Assembly: GCA_963750165.1 (NCBI GenBank)
Contig: CAVVPN010000003.1
Span: 2,656,001 to 2,720,000 of the forward strand
Origin: an uncultured Gemmataceae bacterium
GTDB lineage: Bacteria; Planctomycetota; Planctomycetia; Gemmatales; Gemmataceae
DNA length: 64,000 bases
Direction of reading: 5' to 3'
The notes under the pieces are model-generated. The model was not told where the DNA came from. It did not search any database and was given only the letters and a program-made list of their open reading frames with translations. This document shows positions 33,157 to 42,822 of this stretch, piece after piece (position 1 is the first letter of the stretch; every line of letters begins with the position of its first letter). Position numbers and translations under genes: made by a program.

Positions 33157-35328
33157 CTACTTCGTTTTCTTGATGCTCAGGGTGGTCGGTTCCGCGGTAA
33201 TCTTCAGCCGGGGGATGGTGATGCATCCGCCGGCGTCGGCCCGCACCTCTCCGGCGGACGTGCCAAATTGCCAGCGCACCAGCGCTCCCGGAGCGACCCG
33301 CAACAATTGCAGCCGGCGAACGCTGACATCGGCGGTCGCTTCCGTCGGAATCGTGAACTTGGTCTTGAGTTCCGTTGGCTTGACAAGAAAAAGCGACATT
33401 TCGAGCGCGTCCGGCGTATCACGCACGTTCTTCCACCGGAAGAATGCGTTGATCTGGCCGGCCTTCTTATCGTTGAGTTGCTTCGGCCAGGGCAGCGGGT
33501 CATTGGTCGAGGCATTGGTGAACACCGGATAGGACTCGGTTTTCTTGACGCTCAGCCAGTCAAACGAATTAATCAGGTCATTCACCTTCATGATCTGCGC
33601 GTGGTTATTCGCATGGCCGAACGGCCCCCAGTACAGGAACAGCGCATATTTCCGCCCGTTCATGGCCTTGACGAAGGCGTCGTGACCTCGGGACCATCCG
33701 TCGTTTTGCGCGGAATAGTCCACGACGATTGGCGGGTCGGGCAGAGTGAGGTTCGCCGGCACTTCGCGCGGCGGGAAGTACATCCGGCTGGAAACATGTT
33801 TGACCTCCGCGGGGACATTGGCCTTGATGGCGGCGAAGACATCCCCGTGGCGCATGCCGATCCCCAGGGCACCACTGCCGCCCATGGAATTCCCACACAA
33901 ATAGACGCGGTTCGCGTCGATGCCATAGTGCTGGATCACCCAGCGCACCGTGTCCAGCACCCGTTTTTCCGGAGGGCTGACCTCGGGGCCAGGGTACTTT
34001 TCGATACCCCACCACCAGTCCCCCTTGTTGGCCCGGCAATCGAGGTAGAGCGCGAAGAAGTCTTGCGGAGCGTGATAGATGTCGTGGTTGCCGACCTGCT
34101 TCGTGCAGGCCAGGCACGAATGCACGTCATGCCCGGCGGAATGCAGGACCACATACAGCGGAGCGTTCGCGCGCGCCTGCTTCGGATGGAGTACCAGGAA
34201 AGTGTCGCGTTGCGGCTTCGCATAGCCCCAGGCCTCCCTGCTCCCGTGCTGGAAGACCTCCAGTTTTCGCCCCGTAAATTCCGACTCCTTTTGCCGCGCC
34301 GGCGGCCAACTCGCCTCCTGGGTGAACGTCGCGATGCGACCCTTCGGGCCAACCGCCCAACCTGCACCGTTTGACGTAAAGCCGACGCTGGTGTATTTCT
34401 CCCGGTCCAGCAACTTCCAGGTAGCGCCGTTGTCCAGGGAAACATGGGAGCCCGACGTGCCTACCGCGACCCAACGATCTTTCGCCCACGCCACGGCTGA
34501 ACGATAGGGCAACCGCCTGTCGAGGAGCGTCCAGGTTTTTCCGCCATCGGCGGTGGTTGCCGCGGTGGCGCCGCTGTCGTTGGGTTTGCGATAGTCGCCA
34601 CCGACGATCATGCCGTGCTGTCGGTCGCGGAAGGCGATCGAGAAAATACCAGCGGACGGGACGCCGGCCAGGATCGGCGTGTCGCTCACCTCCCAGTGTT
34701 GGCCGCGATCCCTGGAATGAAAGATGCGTGCTGTTTTGGCCCCGCCGGTTGCGAACCAGACATCCCGTTCGCCGTGGGTGACCAGGCAGGTGCCGCTGGC
34801 CGCGAAGGCTCCCTCCCCGGGCAAGGCCGGCGGGAAACTCTTCGGCGCCAGCGGTTTCCAATGGGCTCCGCCGTCGGTGGTGACCAGCAATTGAAACTGC
34901 CCTTTGATGGGGTCGCCGAGGGCAAGGCCGTTCTGCTCGTCCCAGAAGGCGATGGCGTCCAAAAAGGCCGCCGGGTCGGCGCTTTGAAATTGCAGCGCCC
35001 AGGACTTGCCGCCGTCGATGGTTTTGTAAATGCGGGAAGCATCGCCCGGGCCAGCGCTGAGCAGGTAGGCTGTCGCCGCGCCGAACGCCTCGACATCGCG
35101 GAAGTCGAGTTTCTCCGCGCCGGGCACGGTTCCGACCAACCAGGTGTTGCCGCCGTCGGTGGTGCGCGCGTAAGTGCCCCCGGTGCCGCTCACCCAGGCG
35201 ACCTTCTGAGTCACCGCGCCCAGGCCGCGGAAATCGGCCTGGGTATTGATGGGTTGTGTTTGCCATTGGCCGAACGCACCGGAAGCGCAGAGGCCGAGCA
35301 GGGAAGCCGCGAGGAAGAAGGTTTTCAT
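33157..35328 (-). CDS. BNR/Asp-box (Ycf48-like) beta-propeller fused to alpha/beta-hydrolase domain
   Basis: TxDGGxxW repeats, EGAFAASGT; C-terminal IDANRVYLCGNSMGG. Confidence 0.8.
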   Translation of the reverse strand: MKTFFLAASLLGLCASGAFGQWQTQPINTQADFRGLGAVTQKVAWVSGTGGTYARTTDGGNTWLVGTVPGAEKLDFRDVEAFGAATAYLLSAGPGDASRIYKTIDGGKSWALQFQSADPAAFLDAIAFWDEQNGLALGDPIKGQFQLLVTTDGGAHWKPLAPKSFPPALPGEGAFAASGTCLVTHGERDVWFATGGAKTARIFHSRDRGQHWEVSDTPILAGVPSAGIFSIAFRDRQHGMIVGGDYRKPNDSGATAATTADGGKTWTLLDRRLPYRSAVAWAKDRWVAVGTSGSHVSLDNGATWKLLDREKYTSVGFTSNGAGWAVGPKGRIATFTQEASWPPARQKESEFTGRKLEVFQHGSREAWGYAKPQRDTFLVLHPKQARANAPLYVVLHSAGHDVHSCLACTKQVGNHDIYHAPQDFFALYLDCRANKGDWWWGIEKYPGPEVSPPEKRVLDTVRWVIQHYGIDANRVYLCGNSMGGSGALGIGMRHGDVFAAIKANVPAEVKHVSSRMYFPPREVPANLTLPDPPIVVDYSAQNDGWSRGHDAFVKAMNGRKYALFLYWGPFGHANNHAQIMKVNDLINSFDWLSVKKTESYPVFTNASTNDPLPWPKQLNDKKAGQINAFFRWKNVRDTPDALEMSLFLVKPTELKTKFTIPTEATADVSVRRLQLLRVAPGALVRWQFGTSAGEVRADAGGCITIPRLKITAEPTTLSIKKTK

Positions 35329-35627
35329 GGCGGGTTTGGCCCAGGGGTTTTCTGGACAATATACAAGCCGACCTGCCCCTGGGCGACAAGGCCCCCATTC
35401 GGGCTTCGCCGCAGCCTGGGCCCAACACCAGCGGGACACCACTGTTCGACGACTCCCTCCACTTGAACCAGCTTGCCCTTGAACTTCTCCGGTTCCTTCG
35501 CCAACGCTTCGAGCGTGACCTTCTGGGCCACCTGGTTCTTGTCCTGCACGGCACCGGTCCCAACGCCGACAACTACGACGACAAGCATCACCGACGCGAG
35601 CACACTCTTGAGTTTGGTCGCTGTCAT
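35325..35627 (-). CDS. Small exported hypothetical protein (possibly truncated)
   Basis: AGGAGG SD; signal-like MTATKLKSVLASVMLVVVVVG; PEKFKGKLVQVEG. Confidence 0.45.
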   Translation of the reverse strand: MTATKLKSVLASVMLVVVVVGVGTGAVQDKNQVAQKVTLEALAKEPEKFKGKLVQVEGVVEQWCPAGVGPRLRRSPNGGLVAQGQVGLYIVQKTPGPNPP

Positions 35628-35754
35628 GGCTTTCACCCCTCCTCCTTATTGTGCGGCCGCCATGGCCGAACCAGGTGATTCGAGCGGTTCACGCACGGTT
35701 TGCGCACAAGTGGCGGCGGGCACGGGCTGACCACCAGCGGCCTGCGCTGCCACA

Positions 35755-35803
35755 GCAAGGGGGCCAAGGGAGCCAAGGGGGCCAACTTTTTCACACGTCG
35801 AGA
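35755..35803 (-). repeat. 50-bp dispersed repeat, copy 6
   Basis: Reverse complement TCTCGACGTGTGAAAAAGTTGGCCCCCTTGGCTCCCTTGGCCCCCTTGC. Confidence 0.85.
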
Positions 35804-35839
35804 TTCGAGCCTGGGAGCGGCTCGCGCAGCACGTATCCA

Positions 35840-36016
35840 CTTGGGGTCGAGCGTGTCGATATGACTGGGGCCGCCCTGCATCCACAGGATGCAGTTGACG
35901 TTGCTGCGCCGCGCCGGCGTGGACGCGGCCGCCTGCTGGCGCAGACGCAACACCGTGGGCAGCGTCAGGCCGAGCGCGGCCAGGCCGCCGACGCGCAAAA
36001 AGCCACGACGCGACAC
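35840..36016 (-). pseudogene. DUF1501 gene 5' fragment
   Basis: SRRGFLRVGGL...ILWMQGGPSHIDTLDPK, then similarity stops. Confidence 0.8.
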
Positions 36017-36136
36017 ACCGCGGCAGTCCGCGGATCGGCTTTTCGGCGCTTGCGACCGTCGCCGGGCGGTGTATGATAAATCCGATCCTCAACCCTGCCC
36101 CCCGTGTGCCCCGGCCCTCGCCGCGAGAGATGTCCC

Positions 36137-38294
36137 ATGTTCCCTGGCTGCCGGACTGCTTGCCTGACCCTCCTGCTGCTCGCCGGCACCCGGCTGGCGA
36201 CCGCGGGCGATTACGTCATCGCGCCGGAAGCGAAAAAGCACTGGGCGTGGCGGACGCCGGTGCGGCCGGCCGTGCCGAACGTGCAGCGGCCGCAGTGGGT
36301 CAAGAACCCCATCGACGCCTTCGTGCTGGCGAAACTGGAGGCCGCCGGCCTGACGCCCGCCGCGCCGGCCGCGCGCGAAACGCTGCTGCGCCGCGTCACC
36401 CTCGACCTCATCGGCCTGCCGCCCACTCCCGCCGAGATCGACGCCTTCGTCAAGGACACCGCGCCCAACGCCTGGGAAAAAGTGATCGACCGGCTGCTGG
36501 CGTCGCCGCATTACGGTGAGCGCTGGGCCCGGCACTGGCTCGACCTGGTGCGCTTCGCCGAGAGCAATGGCTACGAGTTCGACGAACCGCGGCCGCAGGC
36601 GTGGCGCTACCGCGATTACGTCATCAATGCTTTCAACGCCGACAAGCCCTTCGACCGCTTCGTGCAGGAGCAGCTCGCCGGTGACGAACTGTTCCCGGAC
36701 GACGCCCAGGCGCGGATCGCGACCGGCCTGCACCTGCTGGGGCCGGACATGACCGACGCCGCCAGCATGACCCAGCGGCGGCAGAACGCGCTCGACGACA
36801 TGACCGATACCGTCGGCCTGGCGTTCCTCGGCCTGACGGTCGGTTGCGCCCGCTGCCACGACCACAAGTTCGAGCCGATCCCGCAGCGCGACTACTATCG
36901 GCTGCAGGCGGTGTTCACGCCGGCCCAGTTCCGCCGGGACATCGTGGTAGCCGACGCCGCGGAGCGCAAACGCCATGAAGCCGCGCTCAACAAATACCAG
37001 GCACTGACACGATCATTGCAGGACGCGCTGACGCAGTTGGAGGGGCCGTATCGCAAGAAGCTGACGGACGCCCGCTTCGCCAAGCTGTCGGACGAGACCC
37101 GCGCCGCCCACCAGACGCCGCCGGAGAAGCGCACTGCGACGCAGCGGGAACTGGTCGAAAAGAGTCTGCGGCTGCTGGCGGTGACGCCGGCACAGGTGGC
37201 CGCGGCGCTCGAGCGACGCGGACAGAGCGAAGGCCAGGCAATGGCAGGCGGAGTTGAAGAAATTCGACCCGTTCAAGCCGGCGCCGCTGGCGACCGCGTG
37301 GGGCTTGCAGGAGAGCAGTGCGACGCCGCCGAAAACGTTCCTGCTCAAGCGCGGCGAACTGAAGCGCCCCGGTGCGGAAGTGCAGCCGGGCTGGCTTCGG
37401 GTGCTGTCGCCCGGCCAGAAGGAAACGCCCGCCGCGGTGCAACCGCTGGCGGCGAGCAGCGGCCGGCGCACCGCCCTGGCGAAGTGGCTGACCGACCCGG
37501 CCCATCCACTGACGGCGCGCGTCATCGTCAACCGGCTGTGGCAGCACCATTTCGGCCGCGGCCTGGTGGCGAGCGCCAGTAACTTCGGGCTGCGCGGCGA
37601 GGCGCCGACGCACCCCGAACTGCTCGACTGGCTGGCGACGGAACTGGTCGCGCAGAAGTGGAGCCTCAAGGCGCTGCACAGGTTGATGCTGCAGTCAGCG
37701 ACGTATCAACAAGCGACGCAGGCCGACGCGATAGTTTTGAAGAAGGATCCGGGGAACCGGCTGTTCGGCCGCATGAACCGGCAGCGCCTGGAGGGCGAGG
37801 TGATCCGTGACAGCCTGCTGTCACTCGGCGGGCGGCTGAACCCGAAGGTGGGCGGCCCGAGCGTGTTCCCGCCGCTGCCGCCGGGGGCGGCGGACGTCAA
37901 GGGATGGACCGTCAGCCCGGACCCGAAGGAGCACACGCGCCGCAGCGTCTACATCTTCGCCTGCCGCAACCTGCGCTACCCGTTCCTGGAGGCGTTCGAT
38001 CTGCCGGACAGCAACCTCAGCTGCCCGAAGCGGCAGCAGAGCACGACCGCTCCGCAGGCGCTGGCCATGCTGAACGCCGCCGATGTCGTGGACGCAGCGA
38101 AGGCGCTGGCGGCGCGCGTCGGCAAGGAGGCGCCGACGGTGGACGGGCGCGTGACACGGTGTTACCGGCTGGCGCTGGGCCGCCGACCCAGCGCCACGGA
38201 GTTGCGGCTGGCGCGCGAGTTCCTGGCGGAGTCGCCGCTCAGCGAACTGTGCCGGGCGCTGTTGAATGTGAACGAGTTTATATATGTGGATTAG
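36137..38294 (+). CDS. DUF1549/DUF1553 protein, apparent frameshift near 37215
   Basis: [66 protein letters not shown]. Confidence 0.9.
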
Positions 38295-38308
38295 AGCTAT
38301 AGCGCTTG

Positions 38309-38507
38309 GCGGTCGGGTGTAGGGGGTTAGCGACGCTTCGCAGAAGCGTTTCGGCGCCATACGCTTCTGCGAAGCGTCGCTAACCCCCTACACCCGACCG
38401 CGAACTGCTCTAGCGGAAAAAACTCATGCACTTGGCGAGCGGCGCGACGTAAGCCCGCCGGTGAGTGTGGGTTACCGGCGGGCTTACGCCGCGCCGCTCG
38501 CCAAGTG
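38309..38507. repeat. Two long REP-like hairpins between DUF1553 and DUF1501 genes
   Basis: GCGGTCGGGTGTAGGGGGTTAGCGACGCTTCGCAGAAGCG inverted at 38363-38402; CACTTGGCGAGCGGCGCG...CGCGCCGCTCGCCAAGTG. Confidence 0.88.
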
Positions 38508-38526
38508 TGATCCCGAGGGCTTTACC

Positions 38527-39958
38527 ATGACCCGCTGCCCCGGCCCCACCGCCCCGACGCTGCCGCCGCCCGACCGCCGCGATTTCCTGCGCCGCGCCGG
38601 CGGCGGTTTCGGCCTGATCGCACTGACGCCCTGCTCGCCGAGCAACGGCTGCTCGCGGGAGACAACCCGCAATCGCCAAGGCGGCCGCACCACCGCGCCC
38701 GCGCCGAGCGCGTGATCTTCCTGTTCATGTCCGGCGGCCCGAGCCATCTCGAACTGTTCGACCCCAAGCCGGACCTGCAGCGCCTGCACGGCCAACCGCT
38801 GCCGGAGTCGTTCGGCCCGGTGGCGACGCGCCGCAACGTCGCCCGCAACCGCCTGCTGGCGACGCGGCACACCTTCCGCCGCTGCGGCCAGTCCGGCGTC
38901 GAGGTCAGCGACCTGCTGCCGCACCTGGCCCGGCACGCGGACGACCTGTGTGTGATCCGCAGCTGTCACGGCGACAGCGTGACGCACCCGGAGTCGGTGT
39001 ACCTGCTGAACACCGGCTCGATCCTGATGGGCCGGCCGAGCCTGGGTTCGTGGGTGAGCTACGGCCTGGGCACGGAGAACCAGAACATGCCGGCCTATGT
39101 CGTGCTGCCGGACCCGGCCGGGCTGGTCAAGGGCGGCGCGCCGCGTGGGGCCACGGCTATCTGCCGGCCGCGTATCAGGGCACCATGCTGCGCGGCGGTC
39201 GTTCACCGCTGCCGCACCTGCACAACCCGCCCGGCGTCAGCGGCGCCCAGCAGCAGCGCACGCTCGACCTCATTAACCGGCTGAACCGCGAGCACCTCGC
39301 CGTTCGGCCGCCGGACATGGAACTGTCGGCCCGCATCGCCGCATACGAGCTGGCGTTCCGCATGCAGGCGCACGCGCCGGAGGTGGTGGACGTGACGCAG
39401 GAGACGCCAGCGACACGGCGGCTGTACGGCCTGGAGCGGCGCGAGACGGCGGAGTTCGGTCTGCGCTGCCTGCTGGCGCGGCGGATGGTGGAGCGTGGCG
39501 TCCGCTTCGTGCAGGTCTACTGCGGCGACACCAACGGCTGGGACGCCCACTCGGACATTGAAGGCAATCACGGTCGGCTGTGTGCGCAAAGCGATCAGCC
39601 AATCGCGGCGCTGCTGACGGACCTGAAACAGCGCGGCCTGCTGGATTCGACGCTGGTGGTCTGGGGCGGCGAGTTCGGGCGGACGCCGATGACCGAAGGC
39701 ACGACCGGCCGCGATCACAACCCGCACGGCTTTACGATGTGGCTGGCCGGCGGCGGCGTCAAGGGCGGCCAGACGATCGGCGCCACCGATGCGGTCGGCC
39801 TGCGGGCGGCGGAGGATAAAGTGCATGTGCATGACCTGCACGCGACGATTTTACACCTGCTGGGGCTGAATCATCTGCGGCTGACGTATCGGCACAACGG
39901 CCGCAACGAACGGCTGACGGACGTGTACGGCGAGGTGGTCGAGCAGGTGCTGGCGTGA
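38527..39958 (+). CDS. DUF1501 domain protein, apparent frameshifts
   Basis: RRDFLRRAGGGFG; GGPSHLELFDPKP; WGGEFGRTP, GRDHNPHGF. Confidence 0.9.
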
Positions 39959-40016
39959 CGCCCGCCTTTGCCTACTTCGGGAGGCGCCCCCTCAAAGCGG
40001 CTGCCGGCTGGTTTGC

Positions 40017-40044
40017 TTGACAGCATCCCCCCCCCTGTTAGAAT
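40017..40044 (+). promoter_or_regulatory. Sigma70-type promoter of mcsA-mcsA-mcsB
   Basis: TTGACA-N16-TAGAAT with TG extended -10, 45 bp before ATG. Confidence 0.7.
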
Positions 40045-40088
40045 GGCGCAGGAAGACCATTCGCGTGCCGTTTCTGGGGATCCCAGCG

Positions 40089-40574
40089 ATGAAGTGCCAG
40101 AAGTGTCACAACCCCGCAACCTTGCACATCACCGAGGTCCTCGGCGACGAGCAGTTTGAAGAATTGCATCTGTGCGAGCAGTGCGCCAACAAGTATCTCT
40201 ACGAGCCCCAGCAGAAGGCGTCGGGCGGTTCCAAGAGCCAGGTCCCCGAACTCAGCGCCGAGGCGGACGAGGGCCCGTTCAACCAGCACGAATGCCCGCT
40301 CTGTGGGATCAAGTTTGTGGAATTTCGCAACACTGGCCGGCTCGGCTGCCCCAACGACTACCACGAGTTCCGCGAGGAGTTGACGCCGCTGCTGGAGAAC
40401 ATCCACGGCGAAACGCGCCACTGCGGCAAGACGCCGCGCCGCCAGCCGCAGACCCGGCAAACGCAGTCGGAATTGATCCAGCTCCGCAACCGCCTCAAGC
40501 TGGCCATCGACAAGGAAAATTACGAGGAAGCCGCCCGGCTGCGCGACCGCATTCGCACACTGGAAGGAAGCTAA
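40089..40574 (+). CDS. mcsA: McsA-like protein (CxxC motifs, UVR domain), copy 1
   Basis: CQKC, CEQC, CPLCG...GRLGCPNDY, ENYEEAARLRDRI. Confidence 0.9.
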   Translation: MKCQKCHNPATLHITEVLGDEQFEELHLCEQCANKYLYEPQQKASGGSKSQVPELSAEADEGPFNQHECPLCGIKFVEFRNTGRLGCPNDYHEFREELTPLLENIHGETRHCGKTPRRQPQTRQTQSELIQLRNRLKLAIDKENYEEAARLRDRIRTLEGS

Positions 40575-40679
40575 CGACAACTGCTCTCCTCTCCCCCTTC
40601 AGGGGAGAGGGGAGGAAGTAGCCGGTTCCCACCGGAGGGGGGCCGGGACGCCAGGCAGGACCGGACGGAGGACCGAGGC

Positions 40680-41186
40680 GTGAAGTGCCAGTTGTGTTCC
40701 AACCCCGCCACCGTTCACCTGACCGACATCCTCGTTGACGGGAAGAAGCGTGAGACGCACCTGTGCGAGAGTTGCGCCGAGAAGCAGCAGCTCCTCAAGG
40801 GCCCGGACAAGGATCTGAACCTGTCGGCCATCGTGCAGACGGTCATGACGCCGCACCCCGGCCAACCCACCGATGAACTGGGTCGGTTGACCTGCCCGGT
40901 GTGCGGAATAAAGTACATGGAGTTCAAGGCGGGCGGGCGGCTCGGCTGCCCCCACGACTACCAGGTGTTCCGGGCGGGCCTGGAGCCGCTGCTGTTGCGC
41001 ATCCACCGGGCGCTCCGCCACACCGGCAAGGCGGCGGTCCACGCCCTGGCCAACGCCGCCCGTCAGGCGGACATCGTTCGGCTCCGACAACAACTGCGGA
41101 CCGCGGTCGAGGCGGAAGCCTATGAAGAGGCCGCCCGTCTGCGCGACCTTTTGCGACAGAAGGAAACGACGGATGAACCTGGATAG
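40680..41186 (+). CDS. mcsA: McsA-like protein, copy 2
   Basis: CQLC, CESC, CPVCG...GRLGCPHDY, EAYEEAARLRDLL. Confidence 0.9.
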   Translation: MKCQLCSNPATVHLTDILVDGKKRETHLCESCAEKQQLLKGPDKDLNLSAIVQTVMTPHPGQPTDELGRLTCPVCGIKYMEFKAGGRLGCPHDYQVFRAGLEPLLLRIHRALRHTGKAAVHALANAARQADIVRLRQQLRTAVEAEAYEEAARLRDLLRQKETTDEPG

Positions 41187-42240
41187 CCTGACTCAACATA
41201 ATGGCGAGTGGTTGCGCGGCGCTGGTCCGGAGTCGGACATCGTCGTCTCCAGCCGCATCCGTTTGGCCCGCAACCTGGCCGCCTTCCCCTTCACCAACCG
41301 CGCCAGCGCCCACCAGAAGGCGGAGATCGAGGCGCTGCTGCGCGACCGCGTTGGCAAGCTCGACCTCGACCCCGGCCTGACCTACTTCCACCTGCCCAGC
41401 CTGAACGCGCTCGACCGCCAGTTCCTGGTCGAACGGCAGCTCATCAGCCGCGAACTGGCCAACAGCGAGGGACCGCGCGGCGTCGCCCTGTCGGCGACCG
41501 AGAACGTCAGCCTGATGGTCAACGAGGAAGACCACCTGCGGCTGCAGGTCATGCGCAGCGGCTTCGCCCTCGATGAGGCCTGGCAGGAGATCGACCGCAT
41601 TGACGACCTGCTGGAGCAGAAGGTCAGTTACGCTTTCAGCGAGGAGTTCGGCTACCTGACGGCGTGTCCGACCAACGTCGGCACCGGCATGCGCGCCAGC
41701 GTCATGCTGCACCTGCCGGTGCTGGTGATGACCAAGCACATCGAAAAAGTCTTCCGGGCGCTGCAGAAGATCAATCTGGCGGTGCGCGGCCTGTACGGCG
41801 AGGGGAGCAGGGCGTCCGGCGATTTCTACCAGATCTCGAACCAGGTGACGCTCGGCAAGAGCGAGGCGACCATTCTGTCGGAGATTCGCGAGGTGATTCC
41901 GCAGATCATCACCTACGAGCGGCAGGCGCGGACAACCATGGTGCGCGAAACCCGGCAGGCGCTGCAGGACCGTGTGTCGCGCGCCTATGGAACGCTGTGC
42001 TCGGCGACGATGATGACCTCCGAGGAGACGATGGATCTGCTGTCGAGCGTGCGGCTCGGCATCAACCTCGGCCTGTTGGAGGACGTGTCGATCGCGACGG
42101 TCAACGAGCTGTTCCTGCACACGCAGCCGGCGCACCTGCAGAAGTTGATGGGCGCGTCGCTGGACGGCGAGGAGCGCAACAGTGTCCGCGCTCGCTATCT
42201 GCGGACGCGGTTGCGCGAGGCGGGGCCGCAGTTGAACTAA
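41173..42240 (+). CDS. mcsB: Protein arginine kinase McsB
   Basis: SSRIRLARN, NEEDHLR, GYLTACPTNVGTGMRAS, QISNQVTLG. Confidence 0.95.
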   Translation: MNLDSLTQHNGEWLRGAGPESDIVVSSRIRLARNLAAFPFTNRASAHQKAEIEALLRDRVGKLDLDPGLTYFHLPSLNALDRQFLVERQLISRELANSEGPRGVALSATENVSLMVNEEDHLRLQVMRSGFALDEAWQEIDRIDDLLEQKVSYAFSEEFGYLTACPTNVGTGMRASVMLHLPVLVMTKHIEKVFRALQKINLAVRGLYGEGSRASGDFYQISNQVTLGKSEATILSEIREVIPQIITYERQARTTMVRETRQALQDRVSRAYGTLCSATMMTSEETMDLLSSVRLGINLGLLEDVSIATVNELFLHTQPAHLQKLMGASLDGEERNSVRARYLRTRLREAGPQLN

Positions 42241-42251
42241 CGCGAATGATT

Positions 42252-42503
42252 CACCACAGAGAACGCAGAGAGCGCAGAGAAAAGACAAAAAGAGGATCCA
42301 CAGATAAACACCGCTAAAGACCAATTCAAAATGTCTTTATTGCAGATTGCGAAGGGGGGGAGCGGAAGTCGCCAGACTTCCGAGCAGCACCGGACGGAAG
42401 TCTGGCGACTTCCGCTACACCCAACTGCGAACCGCTCGAGCGGTGTTTATCTGTGGATCAATTCTGCGGTCTTCTCTCCGCGCGCTCCGCGTTCTCTGTG
42501 GTG
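42252..42503. repeat. Three nested inverted-repeat pairs
   Basis: CACCACAGAGAACGC / GATCCACAGATAAACACCGCT / AGCGGAAGTCGCCAGACTTCCG, each with its inverted partner. Confidence 0.88.
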
Positions 42504-42529
42504 CATCCTCCGGGCTAACGGGGTCGGCC

Positions 42530-42754
42530 ATGAATCCGCAGAACTCCGTCGAGGTGCTGCTGCGGCAACTGCGCCTCCTGGAACACCAGAACAGCCATCT
42601 GCAATATCAGCTGACGCTGTTGCAGGAGGCCGTCGAGACGATTTGCTACACCTTTCTCGCCAACCCGCAGGACATCGAATCGGCCATCCGGACCGCGATC
42701 ATGCTCAAGGAACGGGCCTTCAAACCGGCGGACTCGCCGATCAAACCCCTGTGA
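42530..42754 (+). CDS. Small coiled-coil hypothetical protein (74 aa)
   Basis: MNPQNSVEVLLRQLRLLEHQ..., genome-like codon use, followed by hairpin. Confidence 0.6.
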   Translation: MNPQNSVEVLLRQLRLLEHQNSHLQYQLTLLQEAVETICYTFLANPQDIESAIRTAIMLKERAFKPADSPIKPL

Positions 42755-42755
42755 C

Positions 42756-42813
42756 GTGGGGCAGACCTTCCTGTCTGCCATTCTGATTGGCAGACAGGAA
42801 GGTCTGCCCCACG
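42756..42813. repeat. GTGG-type REP-like hairpin between convergent genes (possible terminator role)
   Basis: CGTGGGGCAGACCTTCCTGTCTGCCA...TGGCAGACAGGAAGGTCTGCCCCACG. Confidence 0.85.
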
Positions 42814-42822
42814 TTCCGGACG

